Origin: Balanoglossus misakiensis
Lineage: Eukaryota > Animalia > Hemichordata
Assembly (NCBI GenBank): GCA_040954595.2
Contig: CM082592.2
Coordinates: forward strand, 4,790,735 to 4,854,734
Direction of reading: 5' to 3'
Length of the DNA: 64,000 nucleotides
Part shown: piece after piece, positions 12,256 through 32,867 of the stretch
Layout: every line of letters starts with the position of its first letter
How positions within the stretch are numbered: the first letter of the stretch is position 1
Program-made: the position numbers and the translations under genes
Notes under the pieces: generated by a model
What the model was told of the DNA's origin: nothing
Seen by the model: only the letters and a program-made list of their open reading frames with translations
The model's database searches: none

Positions 12256-15200
12256 TCAAAACGTTTCCTGACTCTTCCTAACACACCTGGAAACTTTCCT
12301 TTTAAATTCACCGTGGTAATCTTGCCTCCACTCTTTCTGTAAGGCAAAGAAAAGAACATCGATCAGTACACAGAATTCCAGCGATCAGATATTTTGAACT
12401 GTACAGACAGTAATAAAACTTCAATATGATTTTAAAACCATTCAGATTACTTTAATATAATAATAGTTTATTACACTTGGACTGTAGGCCTCCAGCCCGA
12501 TGTACTGGAATATTCTTATACATCATAGAAAAATAAATAGTTACAGATTATTTCAGGAAGTCAATGGTTTACAGACAGGCAGCGTAAAACTCGCCCCTAA
12601 AAAAGGCATTTGTAATGATTAATGTCATTTATATAACAAGACTTGTAACATAGCTGAGAAACATGGTTAATATCAGGCAGATTGCCAGCATTTCAATGAA
12701 AGGGGTCAAGATGTGTCAGAGGTCGGGACAACTGGGGTTAAAAGGTCACAGGAACACGATAAAATCAGGTTTAGAAAAGGAAATGCAGAAATAGATTTAA
12801 CTATATAATACTTCAAATGGAACATATAACAAACATTTTAGCTGTCGCCCGACATTAACAGTGTCATACTTACAGCAGCGTCTACATTTGCTGGTGATTC
12901 GTCATTGGGATCCGCGAGCATTGATATGACACTAAGTAAAATGGTTTCTACTGTATGGACTGGTAACCACCTCTCCGAGGCATGCTCGTAGCCGTATTTG
13001 TCCTCGCCTGGCTCGTGAAGGATTGAAATGCACACATCCCCGTTCTTTTCAACTGAAAAAAAAAAAATAGACGACATGATGTTTCTACAATAAGAGCTGT
13101 GGTGTTGGAGAAAGAGGCCTTTACACCTGTACACTTTGGCTATAATAATAAAGTCAGCCCTTGTCTCCCAGCGAAATGATCATAAACTATATTATGAGTA
13201 CAAGTTTACGACTGATTTTCGACGGAGGCGCATATATATCCTTAACAAGTAAAGGAGTCCACCATCTGTATGCATGCACTGGTCCAAAAAGTCGCCAATT
13301 TTTTTTTCAAGACTCTCTTGATATCAGCCACTGTCATCTCAAAACACACACAAAAATTGCTTGACGCAGTTCTCCTTTTAATGTGAGTAGATCAATTACC
13401 GTTACCGTGACAACCGACAATTTAGCACGTCTCATTAAGTGCAATTTTTCATAGGAAACAAGTCCCCTTTTAAAATTTTATGTTCGGTGTGTATACAAGT
13501 CCCCCCCCCCCTACTCAGTAAGATGGAATATACGAAAAATGCAGTTTTCAGATTTACTCAGCTTCCCATTGTGAGAATGGTCAGATTAAAATTCAATATT
13601 TGTTGGTTTTGTCAAAAAAGGAGGAAGTGGGCGATTGAAGCAGCAGACAGTACCATCAATTACGCAAATGACACCAGCTACTTTTGGAATCAAGGAAACC
13701 ACAGGGAATTCACTTAGAATTTATTGGTTCTATATTTTGTTCTCGATCGAACATTATCAACAAGTTTTTTTCATTTTCATTGATTTGAATAAAAATCTTG
13801 ATAGCCACTACTGCTTAGCAATTTGAATTTTCCAGTATTGTCTTAAAGCCTTCACTTTTGATGCAATGGCTTGAATTCAAAAGCAACTTTTGTAAGTGTT
13901 ACCAAGGCAGTTTTTGAAACACTTGGGCACTCCTTCATGTCAGATACACCACAAGTGCTACCAAATATTATTCAAACAGTGACATCCTGTTCTTAAATAA
14001 TATTTGCAATGCTCATTCAACACAATGTAGACACACTGTGAACTAGGTGATTCACCCCTGCTTGTGTGAACACATTCGAAAACAAAGCAATGAATATAAC
14101 CTTGCTCAAGATATAAAATCTGGGAGGTATGCCTAGAAGATGTACGCTATCTACTTTCCTCCATGTACTTGTTGGGATTCCAGACTTACCATTCGGATGC
14201 CAGATATCTGAGACAAACTTCATTTTCGGAGGCCTCTGTGGATATTCTTTGGGGAATATGAGGTGTGCTTTGAAGAATCCGCCTTCACTGTAACAGAGAA
14301 TGTGAACATCTTTGGTCAATAAAAAGTAATGGTGCCTATCCACTGATGGCTAAAAGAGTTTTCATTTATGTATGTAGGAAATGCAAAATGAAAATTTCAC
14401 ACTTCGATCATTTTGGGGGCTATTAGCCACTAGGGAGTGCTACAAAACAAAGACTAAACATGAATGATTCACTCCCTTTTCCATCTATAAAACCAGTAAA
14501 AAAGGAAGTCCAACAAAAGCTTGGAAAACATTTTTAAAATACCAATAAAATTATGAAACTACTAAAACATGATTGGAGTCGGTGATTCACAGAAAATGGA
14601 AGCCCTACAAAAATCATCATCATGTTTAATGATTTGTGACTCAGCCAGTAATATTTTTATATATACCTGTATGATTGTAACATTATCATGCAAAACCTAT
14701 GTGACATGGGCTATTTAAATTACTACCATACTAGGAAGTTTGATGTTATGAATCTTACTGCCGTGACCTTGTCATTAAATATGCATATTGCATCATATTA
14801 CATCAAGATCAACTTATGAAAGTGTCATTTTTGCGTTATAAATAAGTGTGATACATTTCTTTCCAAAAATAACCACTTTATTATTATTACATGTAAGAAT
14901 GGTATCCCTTCCAGCCATACCTGTTACATGTAAAATCACACTGAAGGTCAATCACCACAGTAATGATATCAGTTATATGGCACACGTTGTTGACATTTGC
15001 AAGTGCATGAATAGAACGTGTGTGAAGTACATCCGGTGTAAAGATCTGCGCCAACAACAAAAGATGCGTAATCACAAATAGGGCAGATCAATATACATTT
15101 TAGGGGAACGTCATATTACACGCAAACTTACTACAGTGTGTCCGGCGGACCTATGATAAGCACGTCCCATTTGAAAATGTCGTCATCGTCAATCAGCCCA

Positions 15201-15687
15201 GCGGAAAAGCCTTCGACCGGGTTTTTATTGAGTTCTGCGGAGAAAATTGGCCGAGAGTACATAGGCGATCACAATAAACAAACAATTGGGTCGGATCAGC
15301 TGTTCGATCGTCACACGTTTCTCTGTCAATGCCGAAAACACCAGAAACAAGTTGATGTAATCGCACATGAAATCGACACGCAAACTTACGCGGGCTCGTG
15401 CGGTAAATCATAAAGACGCACTCAAACCATGGATGAGTTAGAAATCAGTAAATCTCTGCAAAGCGCAGACATCGATATTAACAAAGACTTTTGTTTTCAA
15501 GACGGATGTTGCATGTTGGCACCAACTTCGCCTGTCGCTGCAGTTATGGTCTTATGTATCTTTTCCAGCGACAAAATGTGACGGGTCCCATGAAAATGTT
15601 TTCTATACAGTAGGAAAACTCGGTTGCTTTGGCTCACAAACCTGTCAGTTGCTTCCTGAGAAGTAGGGCTGCTTGTTGCTCTGACAT
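12256..15687 (-). CDS. UBE2G1: Ubiquitin-conjugating enzyme E2 G1 (Ubc7-like), 168 aa, 5 coding exons
   Basis: Exons 15687-15642, 15234-15132, 14287-14190, 13052-12874 and 12336-12256 join in frame (507 nt). Sequence: MSEQQAALLLRKQL...WHPN...GDVCISILHEPGEDKYGYEHASERWLPVHTVETI, with the catalytic Cys and the UBE2G/Cdc34-type acidic loop. Confidence 0.93.
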
Positions 15688-15787
15688 GGACGGTAAATAT
15701 GCATCAACTTTCAACGCAAAACAGCAGCAAAATACGTCTACGACAAAGAAAACTCGAATATGGCTGACTTCAGTGCAGGAACTGAAC

Positions 15788-15799
15788 TGGGCATGCGCA
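15788..15799. promoter_or_regulatory. NRF1-like motif upstream of UBE2G1
   Basis: tgggcatgcgca is one mismatch from TGCGCATGCGCA and lies ~100 bp upstream of the ATG. Motif match only. Confidence 0.35.
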
Positions 15800-16708
15800 G
15801 AGCGTGAATTCTCGCCACGGCACCCACAATGCATTACCGATGACCACCAAGCCATCCCGAGGACAAGGACGTATGTTGTAAGAAAGTATAAAAAAAAAAC
15901 ACCACAAACATAAAAAGCGAACGAAGGATTTATTTTTTATCATTCGGAGAGAGAATAAAACTGATTAGCTGCTTCCACAACTTACCTTTAACATCGTTCT
16001 CTTTGGTTGTTGCTTTGACTGGACCTTCTCCAAGACCACAACCTGATTTTCACCAAGGACACCAGCAAGGCCACAGTCCTTTTGTTTACTGATATTTTTC
16101 TGGTTTCCTTATTGACATTGCGTCTCATTCAGTTATGGAAATCAAGGGGCTGGCAGTTTTTATGACCTGATTACGGTCACAGTGCTATTCGTGATTTGAA
16201 TTCATGTGGAAAGAATCAAAATGACAGTTCGAGGCCAAAAGTTAAAGTGATCACACGTGTGTTGTTAGCATGTTCTTGACAGGTTCATGATAAATCCCAA
16301 ATCTTAGATTCTTACCGTATTCTTCCAAATGTACCCCATATTAAGTGCACAGCAATAAGCAATCTCGTTTCTTACGACAAATACAAAGACATACACGGAC
16401 ACAAACTCTCACATATACATTATAATTTTGCTGTGTTTTTATTATATAACAAATATACTTCATTACACAAAAACAGGGTTACGAAATTCACTTTTAAATA
16501 ATAACTGTGGCAGGATATAGACGATGCTATTGACAGACTCAAAAATCCACAGACAAATTTAAATCTTGCACTTGATGAAACTGAGAAGAATGGCCACAGA
16601 CCACCAGTGTAGATCCAACACCCTCCATCTTTGCAAACATAGACAGGGTGGGATACAGGTCTAGTCTTTGACATATAACTACATTTCAGCTGAGGTTACT
16701 GCTTGCTT

Positions 16709-22630
<5,922 letters not shown>

Positions 22631-23039
22631 CTTGTCAAGCTGATATGGACATCCAATCACGCCCTCAGCGGTTAGTCGTTGCAAACGTGGATTATTTACA
22701 CGTTCTCTGTCGAGATTTACCAAGTTTGTGTTGTTTATTGGCTTTAATAAATATGTTTTATAGAATATGAAAAGAAACGAGGTCAATTTGATCGGCACGG
22801 AATGATAAAAATACAAAAATTGCGTCGGTAATTGATGGCGCCACCTACGTCAGACCATGGAAGGAGAGCACCGGCCGGTGATCTGCAGCTGCACAGCTCC
22901 TACAGGTAGCGCTCCCTAGATGCAACTACAACTGTATTCTGTCTTTCTCCTGATTCGGGGATCTTATTCATTTCCAAGTATTAGTACCACTAGTCTCCTG
23001 ACAAAACCGATGTACACAACTGTCTGAATAACACCGAAA
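22631..23039. promoter_or_regulatory. Putative bidirectional promoter SMARCB1 / INPP5K-like
   Basis: The divergent ATGs are only ~410 bp apart. A YY1-like aagatggcgg overlaps the SMARCB1 start. Confidence 0.65.
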
Positions 23040-26036
23040 ATGCCGAATTTTAGGTAGGTCTGCGGGCGATCATTATCAGCCTTTGCGATGCATCATTCTC
23101 AGCCATTGTGAATAGGGCCTGGGCCTAGGGTGGTCGGTCTCCTTGCGATTGGGTAATATTGCAAATTGCCCCTCCCCAAAAGCACGTGGCATGGCAGTCA
23201 CGATGTGTTTCTCTTAGCGCACGAAGTCGTTGGGATAGCAAGTATATAGATCTAGGTGGGGATCTTGAATAATCAGTGTCACATTACAAATCATACAGAT
23301 TCATTGCAGTATTGTCAACCATGTCACTGTCATATTGAAATAGTGCAGGATGAGGTTTTGCATGATTATGTTGGCTAGAGTCCACATCGTGATCATGCAC
23401 ACTGAAACTAGTCACCCAGATGCCAGATATCTCAAACAATTCTGATTGCAGTACAGCATCATCATTTTCATTTCGGTTGTGAGGTCGACTGACATTTATG
23501 ACATAGATCTGAACATGCCCCATTTGTCTTGCAGCTGTTATGTGTTCAAATGTATTTCGTTCTTTTGTGTATATAAACAGGGTCTTCGCATGTACCTGGA
23601 ACATCGCGACCCTTGACCCTCCTCAGAATGGTAAATTGGTGAAAGAGCTGCTGCGAATACATCAGGAAAGTGCGCCGGAGATTTATGTCATCGGTCTGCA
23701 AGAAGTGAGCTCCAAACCACATCACTACCTGAGAGACAGCATTCTGGATGATCCATGGACGGATTGGCTTTGCACAGAGCTTGCCCCTCTGAACTACATC
23801 AAGGTACATGTATGGACTTTGTACGTTTACTGTTAATAATTAATACACTATAACTGAGAGACGTGTATGGAAAATTTGATATTTTGGGTGAGAAACTCAT
23901 ATTTGCATTATTTTTTCTGCCCATCTCTGTAACTTTTCAGTGCTGTGCTTTTAGGTCAGCTCAACTCTTTAAGGTCTGCGCGCTAGTTTAGTGTGAAGGC
24001 ATTTCAAGAATGCTTCTTTTCTGCATGGGTGAGCCCGGCCCCACTGTACTGGGCGTAGAGGACACTGTGACATTGAAATCGCTCGCACTGTCATTAACCT
24101 CTGCGTCATTCCCAAACTATCTTGAGGGAGCCATAACACTGTTGCAACCTTATTTCAACTTTAGAGGGATATTGCTGATATGTTTATTGTCTGATTTTTG
24201 ACCAATATTTTTTTTCGATCTCTGCTCATCTCCAACACAGGTGAAGGACATCCGTCTTCAAGGCTTGGTACTCGTAGTGCTGGTAAAGTTGAACCATGTA
24301 CCGTTCGTCCGGAATATCCACACAGACTACACTAGGACAGGACTTGGAGGATTGTGGGTAAGTGTAGTTGGCATTTACAGTGATAGATTGAGTATATACC
24401 GGTAAGAAATATGGCTTATTTGATTTCTGCTACTGCAGCTATACTACTACTGCTGGCAGTTTGTTACATCATGGAAAATTAAAGTGTTGCAAAGATGTGA
24501 TATAGTTTAAAATCAAAATGACTTATATTTTTATAAGAAACTCAAGGCATGTGTAAAATATGTTCAGAAAAGTGTTTCTGTGGCTCAACGTTGTCGTGAC
24601 AATGATCCTGTACCCTTCCTCTTATCTCTGCTGTTTCCAGGGTAACAAGGGGGCGGTGTCCGTCAGGTTTGGTCTCTACGGCGCCAGTGTGTGCGTTGTC
24701 AACTGCCATTTGGAAGCCCACATGGAAGGATGGGCGCAGAGAAACAAGGACTATTTCAACATCATTAACGGCCAGTATTTCGAAGCCTGTTCCACCAAGA
24801 CGATACTGGATCACGAGTAAGTGAATTCTGGCAATGACCTGGCCAGCATAAACATTATCTTGCGTGGGAGACTGTGAGACTGGTGAATTGACTTCTTTCG
24901 CACACTACTTTTAAAAGTTCATAGAAAGTCTCCAGAGGGCGCTGGTAGCGTCATGTCAGTCTGGTTCCAAGGCCCACCAATGGCAGCGCTGTGTTGAATG
25001 ATTGAATGAACATTATTGTCAGTGTGGCCCTTTGTCACCCTCGGAACAACACAGCGACCAGTAGTACCGGCAGTGAGATTGCAATGAACATCTACTGAGC
25101 CTATCAGAGAACTGAAGATGATAGATGCTTGGCCTATTTACTAATCGTTCCAAAATGAAAAATGTCCCAATCGTTTTTCCACAGGTGCTGCATAGAGTGA
25201 CCTCGTAAATACTGGGCTTTTGCAGACTTGCATGTACCCATGTTTGTGTGTTCACCATATACCACTTGCACATGTGACGTGCATACATGAATGCAGTCTA
25301 GCACAATGGTTTCTTTGTATGTTGATAAATTACACCAATGTCAGCTGTGTTGTGTCTAAAATAAAAACGTGCCAAATGAAAGATTCATAACATCCTGTCC
25401 CAGCCGCGTTAATATACAAATTTTACATGTTCCGACCACCTATGACACATTCATGATGATGGCTTTTCTCATTGTCATTGAAACTTTACTCTGTCTCTGG
25501 AAACATAAATTAAATTGTCACAAAAGAATGTAGTTTTCAAATCTGATAGTGCGACATAGCCCCCTCTAATATGGGAATTATACATGCACCCGTGTTATGA
25601 TTTCAACCTCATTGCCATTAATGCCTAATTCAAACCATTGTCTCTTGTCTGCTATTCTCCCCAGTTACGTGATCTGGCTTGGAGATCTGAATTACCGCAT
25701 AGCTGATCTGGAGACCGAAGATGTGAAGGAAGTCATATCTAGAAACGAGCTTCACATCTTGAAGTACAAAGATCAGCTGTGCATATCCAGAGATGCTGGC
25801 GATGTGTTTGTTGACTTTCACGAAGGAGAGCTGACGTTCCCACCGACATATAAACTGGATGCTGGCACAAGTACATATGATTCAAGGTAGTCATGGCAAC
25901 ACTTGGCTTAGTAATGGCACCAGTATGATGGATGGGGGACACGTAAAAAAAGTTGTATGTGTTTCTCAGTCTGTGCACACTTGTGTGTTTATGTATGTAT
26001 GTGTGTGTGTGTGTGTACATATGTATGTATGTATGT

Positions 26037-26072
<36 letters not shown>

Positions 26073-28578
26073 AGCATGCATGTGTATGTATATATCTCTG
26101 TCTGACTATGTATGCAACATGTGTTTTGTATATGCATGTATGTAGTCCCCAATGCAATTTATTTTAGTGCCCTTAATGATAGTACGTATCTCATTTCGAC
26201 AAAGCAAGTGAAAGCAATGATGATGATCAGTTCCCTGTTATCAGCAAACTGTAACTGTTGACAAACTCTGAAACAACACTGAGCTTTCACTGCAGTCGTA
26301 ATTAACTTTCATGCCAGCGCTTAGAGGATGCCTCTAGCTACGAAACATCAACTGCAGATGACAAATGATGATGATGATATTAAGCGAGGACAAGGCGATC
26401 TCTGTAAATCATTCATAAGAGCTGTCACCGCTCTGTAAAGACTGTTAATGCGGTGGCCAGTTGCGTCAAAATGCATGCAGTATATCATACTGTACAATGC
26501 GTTCACACTGAGCTGATGTGACACACCATCGATGCAAGCGAATTCTCTGTGGAAATTTTCTTTGTTATACATGTACATAGAAAAAGAACAGATTTTCTGA
26601 TGGACAATGTTTATGGATGATATGCTGATACATAGTGGATATTAGAGTGCACTGTTGCAAAATGATACACAATGTGACACATAAAGGGTCTCCAACTGAA
26701 ATTTTACATAAACTCGACGAAAGAAGTCCCTATAAATCATAAAGGCATAGAAAATAATAAGTTTGGGGTTGTCAGACCATGAGAAACCAGCCCGAATGAG
26801 GAGGTACTCACAGTTACTTTTCATTCATAAAACCGTTATGGCAGTCAAACTAATCTATCCCTGATCCATTTACAGTGGCAAGAAACGAAAGCCGGGATGG
26901 TGTGACAGGATATTATGGAAAGTGAACAAGAGCAAAGAGGACCGGAGACATTTACACATGGAGTTAGATAGATATGACAGTCACAGAACTGTGCTATGGA
27001 GTGATCATTTACCTGTTAGTGCCGATCTTAGACTCAAGGTAATTTTGTTGTTGTTAATTGTCAGTGGCAAATGAAAGCAATGATGATGTTTAGTTCCCTG
27101 TTATCAGCACTTGACAACTGTTGACAAACTATGAAACAACTCTGAGCTTTCGTTGTATTAAACTGCAGATCTGTGATGCACAAAACAAGATTACAGAATA
27201 AAAACATGATGTACAGTTGGCCTTTCAAGGAATAGCCATTAATAGTCAAGGTTGAGCTACTGACCTGCTGTACATCATTGATGTACGGAACACACCCCAT
27301 ATCTGCAAATTTAATAAAAATTGCCGGTAATACAATATTTGCCCGGGGGCTGACAACGATTTAATCTCGTTGCAGGTAGAGAAGACAGATGTGAAACCCT
27401 TAGTGAATTTTCGACACATGGGATCGTGGAAACTGGGGCAGGACTATGAGTGTATTTATCATGTCCACATAGACGCACAGACCAGCAGCTGGGATTGGAT
27501 AGGTCTTTACAAGGTATAGTTGTCAGATTGTGTGAATGTAGATTGGCTAGAACATGCTGCGTGTTACTCTCAGTGGCCTACACTTTTTTCAATTTTTTTC
27601 AAAGAAGGCATGTTGGGTACCTAACTTGTTGCTGGAAACATAAAATATACTGCCAGATATGTGGTTAAATGTTAGGGTACCTACATTTTACATACAAGGA
27701 TTTGGAATGGAGGGGAAATTATAGGACGTAACAATACTTCCCTTGTGTGATCTTGAAAGCAATGATGATGATTTAGTTCCCTGTTATCAGTACTATATAA
27801 CTGTTGACAAACTCTGAAACATCACTGAGCTTTTGTTCATTGTATTAAATAGCAGATACGTTACCCTGTTTAACTTGTAGATCGTGACAATTTAGGATAT
27901 ACACCACATGAATAGGACTTTGGAAAGAAGGAATGTAATATGCAATTTTTTTTCTTGCACAGGTTGGCTTTCGTAATCCAAATGACTATAATACCTACGT
28001 CTGGGCTGTCAAAGACGGGGAAACCCAAGAACATGGCTGCCGGGTTATATTTGAAGCCACATACCTGCCGGGTGACACGTCTTGCCAGTACGTCTTAGGT
28101 TACTACAGCAATCTCACGGAATCGTTGCTCGGAATCAGTGAACCATTCCTGGTGAGTTGCGTTTCTTGGGACATTTCGAACTGAAAAATTTTCACATTTT
28201 GTTTTAGTAATTTGATCGTTGGAGATTTTGTCTTCCTGCATTTTCTAACATAGATGAAAGCAATGATGATGATCAGTTCCCTGTTATCAGCAAATCATAA
28301 CTGGTGACAAACCCTGAAACAACACTGAGCTTTCAGTAAAGTACAAATCTTATGGGAGATCATGTCTCTCTATTTAAAATTGGGTTATTCACAAAGTATG
28401 TCGATTTGTGGATGACATATATGTGTTTGACATATCAGGGCAATATATGACGTCAAACATCACAGCAGAACCTTGTTGGTCTTCAGGCTGCCTGTATATT
28501 GTGTTCTTAGCCCAACAACAATCATTTCCTTGATTATGTTATTTTTCACATCTTTTTCAACAGATTCATCATGATTGA
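23040..28578 (+). CDS. INPP5K: Inositol polyphosphate 5-phosphatase of the INPP5K/INPP5J (SKIP/PIPP) type with C-terminal SKICH domain
   Basis: Exons 23040-23053, 23581-23803, 24241-24357, 24641-24816, 25665-25886, 26876-27038, 27376-27513, 27963-28151 and 28564-28578. Motifs: TWN, GLQE, GNKGAV, WLGDLNYRI, PTYK, PGWCDRILW, SDHLPV, and SKICH WDWIGLYKVGF..YNTYVW. K versus J orthology cannot be resolved. Confidence 0.88.
25983..26085. repeat. (TG)n/(TATG)n compound microsatellite
   Basis: Directly visible in INPP5K-like intron 5. Confidence 0.9.
26207..26291 (+). ncRNA. Box C/D snoRNA-like RNA, copy B (INPP5K-like intron 5)
   Basis: agtgaaagc-a-ATGATGA-tgatcagttccctgttatcagc...ctgttgacaaactctgaaacaaca-CTGA-gctttcact, with a 9-bp terminal stem. 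Confidence 0.78.
27072..27152 (+). ncRNA. Box C/D snoRNA-like RNA, copy C (INPP5K-like intron 6)
   Basis: tgaaagc-a-ATGATGA-tgtttagttccctgttatcagc...aaacaact-CTGA-gctttcg. Confidence 0.75.
27754..27835 (+). ncRNA. Box C/D snoRNA-like RNA, copy D (INPP5K-like intron 7)
   Basis: tgaaagc-a-ATGATGA-tgatttagttccctgttatcagt...aaacatca-CTGA-gcttttg; the stem is kept through G:U pairs. Confidence 0.75.
28255..28335 (+). ncRNA. Box C/D snoRNA-like RNA, copy E (INPP5K-like intron 8)
   Basis: tgaaagc-a-ATGATGA-tgatcagttccctgttatcagc...ctggtgacaaaccctgaaacaaca-CTGA-gctttca. Confidence 0.78.
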
Positions 28579-31500
28579 GGAGCTGTTAAGATTTCTTTTT
28601 CCCAAAGTTCATCATTACCTGCACCTTGTCCAGCCTTCTTGCCAGTTTCTGCCTTGATGTCACGTTATATTTGGAAAAGAATCCTAGTGGTAAATCACAA
28701 TCTTAAAAAATCGTTATTTGTGTGTGTGTGTCATCATCCTTGGCATTTCAGAATCAATCTTAAATTCTTTTCGATGTTGGTGTGATTGGTATATCATTAC
28801 AGTACACTAAACAGTTTCTCAAAGTATGTCACAAAATGCCAAAGAATTTGTATGGCTTTGAAAAACGTTTTAAATAATCTCCTTAACAGAGAATACATTT
28901 GTTGTACAATATTCAATTTTAATGATTCTACTGTCATATTTTTGAGTATTCCCAGAGAAATGTTTTATCAATTGGGTGATATTAGAAACCACATCAGAAT
29001 AGATGTTTTTAATGATATGTGAATTTTTTACCTGGATTTTAAATGATGATTGAACTACATTGTTATTTTTTGAATTTTTTGGTTGTTCATTGCACAAATG
29101 ATTTATGTCTTGAACATGTATTTGTTGAAAACCTGATCTATCATTTTCTGCACTGAAGGAAATTTGGAATTTTCTTGTTCTGATACAATTTCCATATGGG
29201 ATTTGTATTCAGTTCTCAGGAATATGTTACTAATAGAAGCAATTGTAATTGTCACTTTGCCGAATAATTTTTTATCATGACATTTAAATTAACTCCGAGT
29301 TGACGATCGTTCATACCACTTTGGCAGATTATTTCAATCAATCTGAAGTTTAGCAGAATCATGGCGAAGCAAAAAGATAAGCATACTACATATTTGAACA
29401 TTCACAGATTTTGCGAGTCCAATAGTAAAACACTTCAAAATTCACTATGTCATAAATCATTTTCAGTTGTATGGATAACCTAATCCATACTACATGTTAT
29501 CAACAGGTATATTGCGGAACAGATTCTGAAATTTTAAGAAATTTTATGAACATTTGGAGAAGTTGAAATACAATTAATGACACTTAAAACTACCGTGTAC
29601 TCTCTTTCGTCAATTTTGCAAATTATCCATGGCAGCCATTGTCCCGGCAGTCCAAATCATTTAGTATTGCCCCAATATTAGTCACATCATGTTCAGGAAA
29701 ATGTAGATACAAAATTCAGTATTTGATAGTTTGGTGAAGCAAGACTTATATTATAAGACGTGACCTAGCAGCAGGCCATGTTAGCACAGAAATAGAACTT
29801 TTACAACCGTGTCTAAAATGTAAAATGTACGTACTTCAGTGTGAGAATTCAAGTTCTCATGTGCCAGTGAAATAAGCACTAGTGAGTCTGAAATAACAGT
29901 ACTGAGACCTGAATAAGTTATTTTATGTCTCAGAAGGAGAAACTTAACTGAATGTACCATGCGTAGACCTAAAACGCACAATAAATGTTTCCCCTGACCA
30001 GTGTCTATGTCTATGGACATCGATGGGACTATTGCTCACTGAGAGTTGTTACAATTGTGATTGATTATTTGCAGTACAAACACTGTAACAATTGTGCGAA
30101 AATTAAATTAAAACAGTGCTGTGAACAAGGTAAATGTATTATTAAAGAACTTGTAAAAGATCATTTTAAAATGTATGTTTATAAGCAAAACTCAATTCTA
30201 GATGTAAATAATACCCAGAGAGATTGTGACTTTGTATGTACATTGTATGAATATTTGCAATATTTATTAATAAAGGTAAGCGTGGTGGACAAGAACAAAA
30301 AAATGTTTTACAATGTATAAGTTATTTTAATTACATTTTGTCAATTGTAATAAATGTTTTGTTGTTTAAAAATAAAAGAGCGCATTCATATTATCCCGAT
30401 GAATATATGTACTGGTGTAATATTCTTGTGGTAACGTATGTGTATTGTTGATCTATTGGGAGTTTGTGCACAGCTGCAGATGAATATCAAATCTACAAAA
30501 AAAAACTAACGATCTTCATCCTAAGTTGACACAAATGATTTTTATCTGGCAATACTCCTTTATAAACAAAGTTACAACAGACACAGAATCATCGTCTGAC
30601 GTTATTTCTGTTCAATTTGAGAAGAGTTCTTTGGCTTCATGAACTGTGACACCACACATAGGCTAGTGTACTTTATTGACATTTCTGTTGATATGGCCCA
30701 TGCCTTATTCATCAAGTACACGCATGTCATTTAAATATTTCATGACACAATGATGGTGCACAATTCACGAATCAGACTATTTTCTGTCGATGTTTTATGC
30801 TCATCAGATGACCATGTCTGGCCAAATGGAAAATTGACAGAAAATGAGTTTTCCTAAAGTGTATGGTACAAGTACCATCTGTACTTGGCCATCCAAGGCT
30901 CAAGGATAATGCACTTTAATCTAACATCATATGAATTCTCACAATGTCTAATTTATTCACTATTGGGAACTGTGTCACTTTAATACAACGATGTTTTCTA
31001 TTGCGATCGAACCATGTTTCATCACTGTAAGTTGAACATAAAACGTTAACAGCAAAAAAATAGTGAACTACTATCTTGCATTGCTTTTTCAATTCACATA
31101 GGATTTATGAAACCTGCTCAAAGGAAAAACGTAGTTTATATATACCCAAAAAATCGAAATTATGAAAATGAATCTCTGAAAATTATTACTTAGAATAGTT
31201 TAGATACTTAATAACTTTAATTTTTATTAAAGGGTAAACTAATCAGTTTTAAGCTAAGCTAATTTATATTCTAAAAGTTATACAAACATTTTTGATTGGC
31301 CCAATATAAAAGGTGCATATAAAATGAATAACACCGCTCAAATTTATATACAGTAAGAAAACAAGAAAATAAAGTATCTTTTGAAAAAGCAGTACATAAA
31401 CTTGATACGAACACTTAACTTACAATGAAACGAAAAATTTTAATTGATTAAGAAATATGCAATTTAATTAACAATATATTACACATGATTTCTTGTAAAG

Positions 31501-32867
31501 AAAATATTTTTTACTTGAAAACATGCATTTTCCCAAAAAATTAATGCAGTTTCATAGAATCCAATTTATTTATGTATTTCTTGATTATCTTTTAATCACA
31601 AAATAGTTCGAGTTGATTTCATAGCAAATTATACCACTGAGTGGTATCTGTTAACTCCATGAACATTAAATTTTATAATCATTATCGTTAAAAACATCAA
31701 AAACTAAACAAAATACGAGACAAACTTCATCAGTTAGAAAAGATATGCACGAAATCAAGATTAGTGCAGCGTATACGCACTAGAGCAATGTAGAATGTAT
31801 AAAATGTTTAACGTTTGTTAACACTGACTACATCTACATACGTCTTATCACACCCCTCCCTGGCAAGATATTGGACGTGGCATTTATAATTCTTCGAGTT
31901 GAAGACGGAGATTTTGTCGAAAATCATTCGTACAGAGAGAAAAAGAATGTTTTTTCATACAAACACAGTTGTATTAAAAATATAACTTAGGATGGTAAAG
32001 AAATTTACATATTACCGGTATCGCTGCAGCCTCTTCCTCGTGTGCATAATAAATATATAAAGTTCGGATGAAAAAGAGTGTGCCTTAACTATTCTGACAA
32101 CAGGTAACCTGGGCATGTCCCCTTTCTTACCGAGATAAAATCTTTATAGAACTGACCGTATTCAAAGATAGATCACCATAAACCGGCAGCAGATATATTG
32201 CAGAATACGCATATCATTTTTACAGCGAAACTCGATAAAACACGTCCTAATGTTTTACATTTCTCTTTTGGGGGGAAGAGGGGGGGATGTATAAAAGTAA
32301 AGATAAAACGCAATGTTATAATGTCAATTGGTCATAAATTAATAAATAATCTTTGAAACGTTATCTTTTTAAAATAGATGAATACTTATAGACGACTAGA
32401 CCTATTCTTTGTTGTTTACATGGGTTTCTCTATTTTACAAACCTAAGGAATATCGCCCCTACTAAACCTAATTCTGTGTCCCTTAGAAAAATACCTTGAT
32501 ACACCGACTATAGAAAATGACATTTTTCTGACTGTGTCGACAAGAAAACACCAGAACACCTGTCAAATGATTCACCTACAAAGGAAATATATCAACTTGA
32601 TTTTTGACACAGAGGACATGAAAACAAAGGATGAAATTGTGGTTTACCGATTTGATTGAAAATCCGCGCTCGGGTCCATCTTTGCGCTGGATGGGTTAGA
32701 ATAGTCTGTGCCCAAAAGCCAGGCTGGTCTAATTTCCTGTGTCAAGTGGTACATCTCAGCAAATAAACATGTCTTCAGATTATCATGTTTCTGACTTACA
32801 ATTGATTGGAGAAAGTATTTACACCACGATTCTTCAACAGAGAAAGCTCCACGGTGAACGCCACCCG

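Noticed and set aside
25739-26157. His/Thr- and Val/Cys-rich ORFs
   Set aside because: Translations of the TG microsatellite.
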